The notes under the pieces were generated by a model. It saw only the letters and a program-made list of their open reading frames with translations. It searched no databases and had not been told where the DNA came from. A DNA stretch of 64,000 nt, taken from contig JAJYJJ010000008.1 of the NCBI GenBank assembly GCA_021789595.1, positions 25,403-89,402 of the forward strand, written 5' to 3'. The position numbers and the translations under genes were made by a program. The number at the start of each line of letters is the position of its first letter. The stretch's first letter is position 1. The stretch comes from Nitrospirota bacterium (GTDB lineage: Bacteria > Nitrospirota > Thermodesulfovibrionia > UBA6902 > JAJYJJ01). Below are positions 41,237-49,542 of this stretch, one piece after another.

Positions 41237-43144
41237 TCATGCCGAAAGCCCCAATCCCCTGCGCCTCTCTGCAATCACAGAAAGAAGGGCCTCTGCTGCC
41301 TTGACTGGGTCGGGTTCCACAATAAAATAGCCTCCAAACAGCTCCTTTACTGTTGATGTAAGCACCTGTGTCACAGTCTTACTGCCAAGCACAGGAGGCA
41401 CAACACCCAGATGGGTTGGAAGTCCTGATGCTACAGCCCATGTGCCTATTGCAACAGCCTTCTCTGTCACAGGCTCTGGTGCTGATGCGACAACAGGAAG
41501 CATATTCAAATCAACGCCGAGCTTATTCGCAACTGCAACTGTAACATCCACAGCCCTTGAGTTATCCACGCACGAACCCATGTGTAGCACCAAAGGCAAT
41601 GGGCCACCAAGGCCTGCTGCCTGACCTACTGCCTTTAGCACAGCCTTGAGCCCATTACCTGCATATTTTTCAGTTGCCTCTGGTGTCATAAAACCATGCC
41701 TTGCAAATGCCCCTGATGCACAGCCTGTTGCAAGTATAAGGACATTGTTTTTTACAAGTTCCTTTATCATTGCCGTATAGTTGGCATCCTGAGTAACCTT
41801 CACGGTGTTACAGCCTGCAAAGAGGCATACGCCGTAGATATTGCCTGCGACAATATTGTCTATCAAAGGCTTTAAAGAATCTTCCTTATTGACAAGGGAG
41901 AGTGCTCCAATGATTGCCTCTGTTGAAAAACCTGCAAATGCTGCACTTGATATGTCAGGTATATTTATCTTATTCGGATCTCTCTTTTTGAATGCCTCTA
42001 TAGCAGTGCTTATAATCCTTCTTGCCGATTCCTTTGCATTTGCCTCTGAGAATTCAATATGCACTGCCTTTGGTATCTTTGCAATAGGCATGGTTGTTAT
42101 CATTTTTGTGTGATAGCATTCTGCAATATTTGAAAGTGCAGGCATTATGCATTGATAGTCAACCACCATCGCATCAAGGGCACCTGTAAGTATTACTGTC
42201 TCCTGTGAGACAGAGCTTGTTGCAAGCGGTATCTTATGCCGCATCATGACCTCATTACCTGTGCAGCATACACCCACGATGTTTATCCCTTCAGATGCCC
42301 CGGCAGTCTTTGCCCTATCAATCATATCTTTTTCACCTGCAACCTGCACGACAATATCGCTTAAAAGGGGGTTATGCCCGTGTACTGCAATGTTTACTGC
42401 ATCTTTATTGAGCACGCCGAGGTTTGCACGGGTGAGTGTAGGATGCGGGGTTCCAAATAGTATGTCTGCAATATCCGTTGCTATGTGGCAGCCAGCATAA
42501 TCCGCAAGCGCACATTTTACAGCACCGAGAAGGAGGTTTACAGGGTCTGCATCAACGCCGTATGTTGTTCGGTGCATTGATTCAGCAACTACACTGTCTA
42601 TTCCTGTGGGGACAACATTGTATTTAAGGAATGTGTCAATGCGTCCTTTTGTCATTGTAGTAGCAGCCCATGTGAGGGGTGATTCCTTTTCTGAAAACTC
42701 CTCCAACGCCTTTTTTGCAACATCGATCGCTATCGCCCTTACATCCCTGTTATCTACCTTTACGCCAATCCTGTTTGCAACGGCCTTGAGCTTTGCCTCA
42801 TCCCTAATGGGATAATCAGGAGCCTCGCCTATTGCTGACTTAAAAAGTGTGTGGGCCATGTGTTTTGCATGGCCGCCGTGTGATGCAGTGCCGGCAGCAA
42901 CTGCCCTTGAGATCCCTCTTGCAACCATGATGTCTGCATTTGCACCACAGACTCCCATTTGAGGACCTTCACCAAAGGGGTCAATCCTGCAAGGCCCCTG
43001 CATGCAGTTTCGGCAGCACAGCCCTGTTTCACCAAAGCCGCACTGGGGGATCTGGGCCGCATACCTGTCCCACACAGTCTTGATCCCTGTTTTTTCAGCT
43101 TCTTTTATGGCAGATAGTGTTGCACTGTCAGTTGACTTTTCCAT
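41237..43144 (-). CDS. cooS: anaerobic Ni-Fe carbon monoxide dehydrogenase catalytic subunit
   Basis: 635 aa with N-terminal CGFGETGLCCRNCMQGPC cluster motifs. Length and overall pattern are typical of CooS. Confidence 0.93.
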   Translation of the reverse strand: MEKSTDSATLSAIKEAEKTGIKTVWDRYAAQIPQCGFGETGLCCRNCMQGPCRIDPFGEGPQMGVCGANADIMVARGISRAVAAGTASHGGHAKHMAHTLFKSAIGEAPDYPIRDEAKLKAVANRIGVKVDNRDVRAIAIDVAKKALEEFSEKESPLTWAATTMTKGRIDTFLKYNVVPTGIDSVVAESMHRTTYGVDADPVNLLLGAVKCALADYAGCHIATDIADILFGTPHPTLTRANLGVLNKDAVNIAVHGHNPLLSDIVVQVAGEKDMIDRAKTAGASEGINIVGVCCTGNEVMMRHKIPLATSSVSQETVILTGALDAMVVDYQCIMPALSNIAECYHTKMITTMPIAKIPKAVHIEFSEANAKESARRIISTAIEAFKKRDPNKINIPDISSAAFAGFSTEAIIGALSLVNKEDSLKPLIDNIVAGNIYGVCLFAGCNTVKVTQDANYTAMIKELVKNNVLILATGCASGAFARHGFMTPEATEKYAGNGLKAVLKAVGQAAGLGGPLPLVLHMGSCVDNSRAVDVTVAVANKLGVDLNMLPVVASAPEPVTEKAVAIGTWAVASGLPTHLGVVPPVLGSKTVTQVLTSTVKELFGGYFIVEPDPVKAAEALLSVIAERRRGLGLSA

Positions 43145-43285
43145 GCTAAACCTCCTCGATCCGGGATTACTTATTATAAGTTTAGCAGATTATCGGGATA
43201 ATGCAAGAGGTGAAACAGCTATCACTTATTTTTTGATGTGACCCAAACAGGGCGTTGAAATCAGAGATTTAATAAGGCCAATGAA

Positions 43286-43561
43286 TCAGGCAGGGAAGGG
43301 GGCTGTCCGTTCCAGCATCTCGCCTACATGTGAAACGCTGGATACTGTAAGGCCGCGCTCATTCAGTGCTGTCTTGATATCTTCCCAGACCTCATCGTAA
43401 TCTCCATATACTGATTTTATGACCACAGGTTCTTTATCCCCAGTGTCCTGAGCAATGGCGGCGTTATGAACCCAGAGGGTTAGAAATAGCACTATAATCA
43501 CAATGGAAAGTATGCGTATTAGACATGGCAGTAATGGATTTCTTTTAGGGATAACCATCAT
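43286..43561 (-). CDS. DUF302-like protein, apparently C-terminally truncated
   Basis: Signal/TM segment, then YGDYDEVWEDIKTALNERGLTVSSVSHVGEMLERT. The ORF ends at 91 aa and no continuation was seen in the other frames. Confidence 0.45.
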   Translation of the reverse strand: MMVIPKRNPLLPCLIRILSIVIIVLFLTLWVHNAAIAQDTGDKEPVVIKSVYGDYDEVWEDIKTALNERGLTVSSVSHVGEMLERTAPFPA

Positions 43562-44788
43562 TTATGTCTCTTTCATTAACCGCCAGCTCATATACTTGGC
43601 GCCTGCTATTGCACCTAACAGGATAAAGGACATTGTTAGTATACTTCCAATGGAGAGCGTTGAAAATCCACTCAATCCCTGTCCGATATTGCACCCCATG
43701 GCAACTACTGCACCAAATCCCATAAGGAGGCCACCAACAAGGTTATATTTAAACTGCTGCAGCGGAGGAGCAACCCAGTAGAATGTCCTGCTAAATATGG
43801 CTGCTATAACCGAACCAGCCACTACACCGAGCACGCTTGCTACGGCGAAGTTAATTGTTTCACCCGTCCAGAGGATAATATACCTGAAGGTCTGTGCATC
43901 TGCAAGTGCAAAGGTCAAACTTGTTGGTCTCCATGTCTGTAAAAGTGTTGGGTCATCAGGCCCGGTAAATGAGAATATATCTACAAGCGGGATGGTTTTG
44001 AAAGCCATACCATTTATCCACCACGCCAATACAACGGTCAATCCTATAGCAGCCCCTGATAATGGCCATCTCCAGCCCCGCCATTCTGAATCCTTCGGGG
44101 CCTTCAGCATGAATATAACAAGGATAGCTTCTATAGCAAGGATTATAACCCAGCCTGGAACTATATTGACAATGTTTGGCAGATACTGGTTATGGAAATT
44201 CAGCGTTAACGAGTTAAAATAATCAGTCCTTATCTTTGCCGTAATACCCCAGAGTGCTGCACCTGAAGACAAGATGAATGCCATAACACTCACAAGCCCT
44301 CCAAGGTTACCTTCGCCTGCCCTGACAAGAATCCTGCTTGCGCAGCCTCCTGCGTAAACAATACCAACTCCGAATATAAATCCTCCAACAATATAGCTAA
44401 GCCATGTGAATGGCGATGATATGTATATGCTGTAACCTATATCCACATAACCGAGCTTATAGAGTAGTTGAGTGCCGAGTATCGCCACAAAGAGCGCCAT
44501 TGCATATGCCCTTGTCTGTGTCATGTCACGGGTTGTAACAATGCTGTGGCATGCTGCAGCTATACAGAACTTAGACCTCTGCACTATGGCTCCCATCAGA
44601 CCTCCGATTAAAAGACCTGCAAGTATAACCGTATGCCGTATAGACGCTTTAATAGCGGCTACCTTTTCTTCAGATAACGAGTCGGCATTAACTGTTGCAT
44701 ACCCCTTGATCTTAAGTATGAGGTAGATTACCCATATGAATCCCCCGACTATTAATGCGATACCCAGGGCATTCCTTCCCTTTGACAT
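43562..44788 (-). CDS. YeeE/YedE-family sulfur-compound (thiosulfate) transporter
   Basis: 408 aa and polytopic, with two halves each carrying conserved Cys-containing segments (FCIAAACH, GGCASR, AMGCNIGQG). Confidence 0.85.
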   Translation of the reverse strand: MSKGRNALGIALIVGGFIWVIYLILKIKGYATVNADSLSEEKVAAIKASIRHTVILAGLLIGGLMGAIVQRSKFCIAAACHSIVTTRDMTQTRAYAMALFVAILGTQLLYKLGYVDIGYSIYISSPFTWLSYIVGGFIFGVGIVYAGGCASRILVRAGEGNLGGLVSVMAFILSSGAALWGITAKIRTDYFNSLTLNFHNQYLPNIVNIVPGWVIILAIEAILVIFMLKAPKDSEWRGWRWPLSGAAIGLTVVLAWWINGMAFKTIPLVDIFSFTGPDDPTLLQTWRPTSLTFALADAQTFRYIILWTGETINFAVASVLGVVAGSVIAAIFSRTFYWVAPPLQQFKYNLVGGLLMGFGAVVAMGCNIGQGLSGFSTLSIGSILTMSFILLGAIAGAKYMSWRLMKET

Positions 44789-44821
44789 TTTTACCTCCTG
44801 AATTTTTATTTAAACTTGATA

Positions 44822-44875
44822 TTCCCTGCATTAAGATTCCCCGTAGCTTACTACGGGGAATCTTAATGCAGGGAA
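44822..44875. repeat. perfect 25-bp-stem hairpin in the yeeE leader / XSR2 3' flank
   Basis: TTCCCTGCATTAAGATTCCCCGTAG-CTTA-CTACGGGGAATCTTAATGCAGGGAA. The flank AACTTGATATTCCCTG is repeated at 62766-62781. Confidence 0.8.
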
Positions 44876-44890
44876 GCATTTTTTATGCCA
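44875..44890 (-). promoter_or_regulatory. candidate sigma-54 promoter TGGCATAAAAAATGCT upstream of yeeE
   Basis: Correct GG/GC register on the minus strand, immediately upstream of the 25-bp hairpin. Confidence 0.5.
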
Positions 44891-44929
44891 GAAGTATTTT
44901 TTTAAAATAGATGTTTTTACAGGCCTTGC

Positions 44930-44945
44930 TGTTCAAAAATGAACA
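44930..44945. promoter_or_regulatory. inverted repeat TGTTCA-AAAA-TGAACA (candidate UAS)
   Basis: Perfect 6-bp arms about 45 nt upstream of the -24 element, with an extra TGAACA at 44973-44978. TGTTCA/TGTTCG half-sites also occur upstream of the sox promoter (53604, 53636). Confidence 0.35.
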
Positions 44946-44998
44946 AGGGGCTAAATTTCAATTGTCCCTTTATGAACAGTAAGATGTGATGTTTAGAA

Positions 44999-46342
44999 CT
45001 ACAGAAGTTTATATTTTATCATCTTTGTTCGGATCTGCCTTCTTGTAATCCCAAGACGTGCGGCTGTCTTTGTCTGATTCCAGTTTTCAGCTTCAAGGGC
45101 ATTTAAAACTGCGGTGCGCTCAAGCTCTGAAAGTGTAAGACCTGAGAGATCTCCACGATTTTTTATCCCGATCTCCTCTGATTTCCTGCGGGATATCTTA
45201 TTCGGGAGGTCATCAAGGACTATGGTTTCAAACCTGGTCAGCACCACTGCCCTCTCTATGATATTTTCAAGTTCTCTGATATTCCCCGGCCAGTCATAGC
45301 TTAAGATGGCATCCAGTGCTGAGCGATCAATGCCTTTTATAAATTTCTGGTTTTCTTCTGCATATTTCTTTAAGAAGTGTTCAACCAGCAATGGGATGTC
45401 TTCTTTGCGTTGTCTCAGAGTGGGTATATGAATTGGTATGACATTGAGGCGGTAAAACAGCTCCTCTCTGAATCTTCCAGCATTGATTTCTTCCTCGATG
45501 TTTCTGTTTGTAGCCGCTATTATCCTGGAGTCAGATTTTATAGGCGCGCTCCCTCCTATCCTGTAAAATTCTCTCTCCTGTAAAAATCTAAGGAGTTTTA
45601 TCTGCATGGGAAGGGGCATCTCGCCTATTTCATCAAGGAAAAGGGTCCCTCTGTTTGCAATTTCAACCTTTCCCAATTCCTTTGCAACGGCGCCTGTGTA
45701 TGCACCTGCTTCATGGCCGAATAGTTCATTTTCAATAAGCCCACCAGGTATTGCTGCACAGTTTATTGCTACAAAAAGGAAATTCTTCCTCTGCGATGCA
45801 TTATGTATTGCCCTTGCAATAAGTTCCTTGCCCGTACCTGATTCACCTGTTATGAGGATATTGGCACGGCTATCAGCAACAATACGAATTGTTGCCAAGA
45901 CATCCTGCATTACCTTAGTCTTACCTATAATGCCATATTGTTCCTTTAGGTGGATGTTTATATCTTCTTCGACTCCTACCTTACTGTGCAACAGTGTATG
46001 CTTAATTACTGCAAGCATATCGTCTAATTCAATAGGCTTGGTGAGATAATTAGCAGCCCCTATTTTCATGGCCTCTACAGCATTCTCTATGCTTCCATAG
46101 GCTGTTATAATTATGACAGGCAGTTCTGAATCTTCTTCCTTTACCCATTTCAATAGGCCAAGCCCTGTTTTACCCGGCAGCCTCATATCTGTAAGGACAA
46201 GGTCAAAATTTGTATCAGCAAGCCTTGAAACAGCCTCCTCAAAATTTCTTGCTGTTTCAACATAAAAACCCTCCTGCTTTAAAAATTTATTTAGCAGGCG
46301 CAGTATGTTTCTTTCATCATCTACTATTAATATCCTCTGCAT
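44999..46342 (-). CDS. NtrC-family sigma-54-dependent response regulator (second copy)
   Basis: Receiver domain (DLVLTDMRLPGKTG), GESGTGKE, GAYTGA and a C-terminal HTH. Confidence 0.92.
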   Translation of the reverse strand: MQRILIVDDERNILRLLNKFLKQEGFYVETARNFEEAVSRLADTNFDLVLTDMRLPGKTGLGLLKWVKEEDSELPVIIITAYGSIENAVEAMKIGAANYLTKPIELDDMLAVIKHTLLHSKVGVEEDINIHLKEQYGIIGKTKVMQDVLATIRIVADSRANILITGESGTGKELIARAIHNASQRKNFLFVAINCAAIPGGLIENELFGHEAGAYTGAVAKELGKVEIANRGTLFLDEIGEMPLPMQIKLLRFLQEREFYRIGGSAPIKSDSRIIAATNRNIEEEINAGRFREELFYRLNVIPIHIPTLRQRKEDIPLLVEHFLKKYAEENQKFIKGIDRSALDAILSYDWPGNIRELENIIERAVVLTRFETIVLDDLPNKISRRKSEEIGIKNRGDLSGLTLSELERTAVLNALEAENWNQTKTAARLGITRRQIRTKMIKYKLL

Positions 46343-46347
46343 TCCCT

Positions 46348-47856
46348 CTAATCCTCACCCAAAGGAGCAACTTTCTGGTCGAACTCAGGGCTGTGATGGA
46401 CTGCATACTTGTTATCTAACATGGGAAGGGTTATAAGAAAATATGAGCCTTCTTCAGACTTCAGCAGCTTTATATCACCGTGATGAGCCAATATTATTTT
46501 GTATACCATGGCAAGGCCAAGACCACTTCCCTCCGCCCTGGTTGTGAAGAATGGCTGAAATATCTTGGATGCTATTTCTTCAGGAATACCGGGCCCTGTG
46601 TCCTTTACACTGACCTCCAACCACCCATTAGATGTCCTGTATTGCACTGTTATTACCCCGCCATCTATCATAGCCTGAATTGCATTTATGAAGAGGTTCA
46701 TGAATACCTGTTTTAAGAGCGCAGAATCACCCACTATTGCTGGCGGCTTATTGTGTCCTTCCTTCATAACTTTTACGCCGGATTCCTCTAAGTCGGATTC
46801 AAGCAACTCAATTACCTTGTTAACTACATCATCTATATTACACGGCGCAGGAGAGGGTGATGGCGTCCTTGAAAATCTGAGAAATTCGTCAGCCATGATT
46901 GTCATTTCCAGTGTTTCATCTTTTATGATATCCATATACTCATGTATTTCAGAGAGTTCATTTGTTCGTTCAATTCCAGAAATAGCGCCGCGGATCGCAT
47001 AGAGACTATTTCTTATCTCATGGGCAATCTGTGCAGACATCTGACCTATTGCTGCCATACAGGTCAGTTTCTCCCTCTCTTCAGACATCCTTTTAAACTC
47101 CATCAGATACCTTTTTAGATTTTCTATCATGTGGTGGAATGCCTGTCTTAGCTGAATTGTTTCATCCCTGCCTGAAGGCTCATAGAGGTTACTACTGCTG
47201 TCTGAGATTATTTCCTTTTCAAATGCCTCCATCTCTTTTGAAAGATTTCTTATAGGGCGTGTCAGTACCAATGATACTATAAAAGAACCCCCTATGCCGG
47301 CTGCAAATATAATCAGTGCAAGATATACGAGCTGTATCTTTGTCTTTTTGAATTCCTCATCAAGCGCTGCCCTTTCAGAGTCCCAGTCAAAATTGATCCT
47401 GAGGGCACCAAGCACATCCCCCTCTACTTTTACGGGCAGAAATATCTCTGTTTCAGATATATTTTTTATATCCTTCCAATTTCTGGAGGTATCATTCAAT
47501 TTTTCTAATAACTTCCCATCAAGCTGCCCTATATCGGTCAAGTTATCAGAGGATACGACAATCCCACGCCTGTCTATAATCTTTACGCTTCTTATCTGAG
47601 CCGAAGACTTTAATTGCCGTATTTGTTCCATAAGAGAACCATAATCTTCTGATATAATCGAGTCTGACGCAGTAACCGCCAATTTTTCAGCAATAGCGCG
47701 GTGAAACTGGGTGAGCTGAGTAACAAGATTCCTGCGTGCTGAGGAAAGTACGATTATACTTACGGAGAGATAGATTATTGTTATTAGCAGCATCATATAG
47801 AGGATGCCCTTGGTTTTTATGCTGGTGCGCCTGTTCAGATCTTTTAATATATCCAT
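46348..47856 (-). CDS. sensor histidine kinase (second copy)
   Basis: TM-sensor-TM architecture, HAMP-like region, H box AHEIRNSL and an HATPase domain with GSGLGLA. Confidence 0.9.
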   Translation of the reverse strand: MDILKDLNRRTSIKTKGILYMMLLITIIYLSVSIIVLSSARRNLVTQLTQFHRAIAEKLAVTASDSIISEDYGSLMEQIRQLKSSAQIRSVKIIDRRGIVVSSDNLTDIGQLDGKLLEKLNDTSRNWKDIKNISETEIFLPVKVEGDVLGALRINFDWDSERAALDEEFKKTKIQLVYLALIIFAAGIGGSFIVSLVLTRPIRNLSKEMEAFEKEIISDSSSNLYEPSGRDETIQLRQAFHHMIENLKRYLMEFKRMSEEREKLTCMAAIGQMSAQIAHEIRNSLYAIRGAISGIERTNELSEIHEYMDIIKDETLEMTIMADEFLRFSRTPSPSPAPCNIDDVVNKVIELLESDLEESGVKVMKEGHNKPPAIVGDSALLKQVFMNLFINAIQAMIDGGVITVQYRTSNGWLEVSVKDTGPGIPEEIASKIFQPFFTTRAEGSGLGLAMVYKIILAHHGDIKLLKSEEGSYFLITLPMLDNKYAVHHSPEFDQKVAPLGED

Positions 47857-47857
47857 C

Positions 47858-49471
47858 CTACTGAAAATTCTCTCCTGTTTTACGGTTTTTTAATGCCTTT
47901 ATTTTAAAATTACCAGGTTCCTCCGAGTTTTGACCATGTGAAAATTGAACAAGAAATTCTGCTACCTTATTGACAGATCTGGTATCCATATCCTTTCTTG
48001 CGGCTATAATGCGGTCAGGAAGAGGTGGAGTTTTTGCAAGAATAACAATACGGCTCATATCGATATCCTGTTGCATAGACCTTAGCGATGAATAATTTAC
48101 AAAGCCTGCATCTATCGAGCCGCGATACACCTGCATGATTATATCCTCGTATGTTTTCAGTTTTACAAATTGTTTAGGATTTAGTGGTATCCCCTTTTCC
48201 TTCAATAATTCCCTCTGGGCTAAATAACTGCCATCTGAATGCAAGGATATTATGCCTATTTTTTTATTGCTGAGGCCCTGCAGTGTTCTTATATTACCTT
48301 CGGAATGCGTGATAATAATTCCCATATCTTCAGGATGGTCGACAGCACTAAGGCTTGCGATTTCTTTCACATTAGCGGCTCTGGCGAATTCAGAATAGAG
48401 GTGATAACTTTGAAGGAAAAAATCTCCCTTCCCTGTTTTCAGTATCTGTATAAATGTTTCTATATTTCCTGGAATAACAAGCTGAAAGCTGATCCCTGTC
48501 ATCCTTGAAAGGTAGGTCATTAAAGGATTTAACTGTTTAAAAACATCGGGTTCAAAGGAAACCGGCTCCACCACAAATTTTATTCTCTTCTGTTTTGGTG
48601 GGACTATGTAATTTTCCTTAAGGACATTCTTCATCAAGACCCTGACAATATCGTAATCGCTGTCTTCAGCCTTTGCAAAACCATCAGCGCCTGCTTCTAT
48701 ACTGCCAAGGATCTCTTTTCTGTTTGTAAGGGTATTTATAGAAAGCATAGTTGTTTTAAGTCTTTGGATAAAGTCTTTACCGAGAGATGCCCTTGCAACA
48801 AAAAGATACTGAGGAATAGAATATGAATAACTCAGCACCCTGAGCCCCTTATCTAAATATGACTTTGCAGCCATCTCCGGCACGCCTGTTGCGTCAAACA
48901 TCCTTGCCATAACAGCTATTATTGCACTTTCATCTGAACCCAGTTTTACAACATCAAGAAAATCATTATCTGAAATATCTACCCTCTGAAGCATAATCTT
49001 TGGCAGTAGCCCCGAACCCGGGCAGTAATATCTGCCGTATACGAATGTCCTATCGAAGAGGTCTGCTGTTTTCTTGATAGGAGAATCATTACGAACGAGT
49101 AAAACGCTTCTGTATTCAGATCTGCCGTTAACACGAAGTTTGACCAGAGGCACAATTGGCATCTGTTTGTATGCAACACAATAAAGGGTTGGACAGAGGT
49201 AAGCGATATCTGCTTCACCCTTCTTGAGATGCTGGATTATATCGCTGGTTTTCCTTGCCACCTTTATTACGATAGTGACATTAAGCGTATCTTCAAGGTA
49301 TCTCTTCAATGGTAAGAAATTTTTATACATCGTAGAAGGCGATTGCATGGGGATAAGCATTATTGTTATCCGCTGTTTTGCTAATGCAGAGGTATTATTA
49401 CAGATTAGAAGAATGATTATTGTAAGAATAATTTTTCTTGCAGTGAAGAAATATAAACAACCTCTTCTCAT
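47858..49471 (-). CDS. periplasmic protein with two tandem PhnD-like substrate-binding domains (second copy)
   Basis: Signal peptide plus two PhnD-like repeats (YRSVLLVRNDSPIKKTADL..., GIISLHSDGSYL...). Confidence 0.8.
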   Translation of the reverse strand: MRRGCLYFFTARKIILTIIILLICNNTSALAKQRITIMLIPMQSPSTMYKNFLPLKRYLEDTLNVTIVIKVARKTSDIIQHLKKGEADIAYLCPTLYCVAYKQMPIVPLVKLRVNGRSEYRSVLLVRNDSPIKKTADLFDRTFVYGRYYCPGSGLLPKIMLQRVDISDNDFLDVVKLGSDESAIIAVMARMFDATGVPEMAAKSYLDKGLRVLSYSYSIPQYLFVARASLGKDFIQRLKTTMLSINTLTNRKEILGSIEAGADGFAKAEDSDYDIVRVLMKNVLKENYIVPPKQKRIKFVVEPVSFEPDVFKQLNPLMTYLSRMTGISFQLVIPGNIETFIQILKTGKGDFFLQSYHLYSEFARAANVKEIASLSAVDHPEDMGIIITHSEGNIRTLQGLSNKKIGIISLHSDGSYLAQRELLKEKGIPLNPKQFVKLKTYEDIIMQVYRGSIDAGFVNYSSLRSMQQDIDMSRIVILAKTPPLPDRIIAARKDMDTRSVNKVAEFLVQFSHGQNSEEPGNFKIKALKNRKTGENFQ

Positions 49472-49489
49472 TATCGTTATTTTAAAAGA

Positions 49490-49529
49490 ATAGTGTTCTG
49501 AATGTAAATAAATACATTCAGAACACTAT
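49490..49529 (-). terminator. rho-independent terminator after soxB
   Basis: 17-bp perfect arms ATAGTGTTCTGAATGTA / TACATTCAGAACACTAT, followed on the minus strand by TTCTTTTAAAA. Confidence 0.7.
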
Positions 49530-49542
49530 AAGTGAGGAGGGT

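Noticed and set aside
43189-43202. ATTATC-GG-GATAAT inverted repeat upstream of cooS as a CO-sensor (CooA-type) operator
   Set aside because: It does not resemble the CRP/FNR-like TGTCA-N6-type site I recall for CooA. No cooA or rcoM gene is in the window, and it is an AT-rich short palindrome that could arise by chance.
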